A stretch of 62,206 nucleotides of DNA, the filler included, from Nemertoderma westbladi (lineage: Eukaryota; Animalia; Xenacoelomorpha): assembly GCA_032718475.1 (NCBI GenBank). It is 3 parts of 3 records of this genome, joined end to end, with 100 filler letters (N's around TTAATTAATTAA, not from the genome) between each part and the next. Parts side by side here need not be neighbours in the genome. Positions count along the whole stretch, not along the records: positions 52,970 to 62,206 come from JAUCBJ010002278.1; 2 more parts are not named here. One strand, 5' to 3'. This document shows, one piece after another, positions 61,601 through 62,206 of this stretch (position 1 is its first letter; each line of letters begins with the position of its first letter). Both the position numbers and the translations under genes were made by a program. The notes beneath the pieces are model-generated. The model saw nothing but the letters and a program-made list of their open reading frames with translations. It searched no databases and was not told where the DNA came from.

Positions 61601-62206
61601 ATATTGCCCCCCTTCATACTTCATTGATCTCCTGACGCTCTCCTGCGCCTGCTTGTCCTCTACCGAGGTTCCTACCCCGGTAGCTACGTTCCGACGGGAA
61701 GTTTATCTTCGATCCCTTCTTCTACCTTCCTCCTCGTTCCAGTACACTCTGTACACCTCACCCGGTGTGTGATATATTTCGCCAGGCTGTGTTTCTCCGG
61801 GGCGACAGCAATCTCCCGAAGTACAACCCCATCGGCCCTCCCTCTCTACCTTAACTATCGACGGTTCACTGTCCATCCTATCTCACGTCTCTGGTTGCCC
61901 GTAACAACATTTCCTCCGTTCCTCCTCGCGTCCTCCAGTTTTGGCGCTATATCCACGTTCATGAGTCTCGTATCGACCTCCCAGATGAACTCTACTGTTC
62001 TCCTTCCGTCTTCTGAGTAGGCTCGACATTTTCTCTTTTGGCTGCTTACGGCACCAACGTTCCTCCCTCTACCTGGTTGTATGGCCTCGGGGATATTCAT
62101 TGCCTTTCTACTCTCCTCTGTCGTTGGGAGCCCCGGTTTACTTAACTCACCACGCGCGTTTCCCGCCGACGCCTGCGGGGAATTTATTGCCCCCCTCATA
62201 CACTCA
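58650..62206 (-). mobile_element. Degenerate BEL/Pao pol (RT, RNase H, integrase) with many frameshifts and stops
   Basis: FYMDD, IYDPLG, DNPADLLSRG, CQTC, KRYGIIFVC, SDNGTNFVG, YWKRWIQEYLP in separate frames. Confidence 0.92.

Overview
AT-rich, repeat-rich eukaryotic DNA from a metazoan invertebrate (species not determinable). The window is three pieces joined by artificial N44-TTAATTAATTAA-N44 linkers (26756-26855, 52870-52969), so adjacency across them is not meaningful. Host genes: an intronless NDRG-family gene, the last two exons of NEK4, a tightly packed intronless trio (TRAPPC2L, an SLC25 carrier, a DUF4807/F58A4.6-like gene), intronless ELMOD3, a two-exon C2H2 zinc-finger gene and tRNA-Asp(GTC). 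The rest is decayed RTE- and CR1-like LINEs, SINEs, hAT/MULE/Kolobok-like non-autonomous DNA elements, three large tandem arrays and three BEL/Pao LTR retrotransposon segments. Main discovery candidate: two different BEL/Pao elements each carry an extra non-env cargo between integrase and the 3' LTR that resembles a DnaQ-like/DEDD 3'-5' exonuclease. The copy at 39304-43308 is nearly intact and is followed by CCHC zinc knuckles. The copy at about 57190-57805 (minus) is decayed and largely invisible in the ORF track. All family assignments come from motif recognition by eye; no searches were run.
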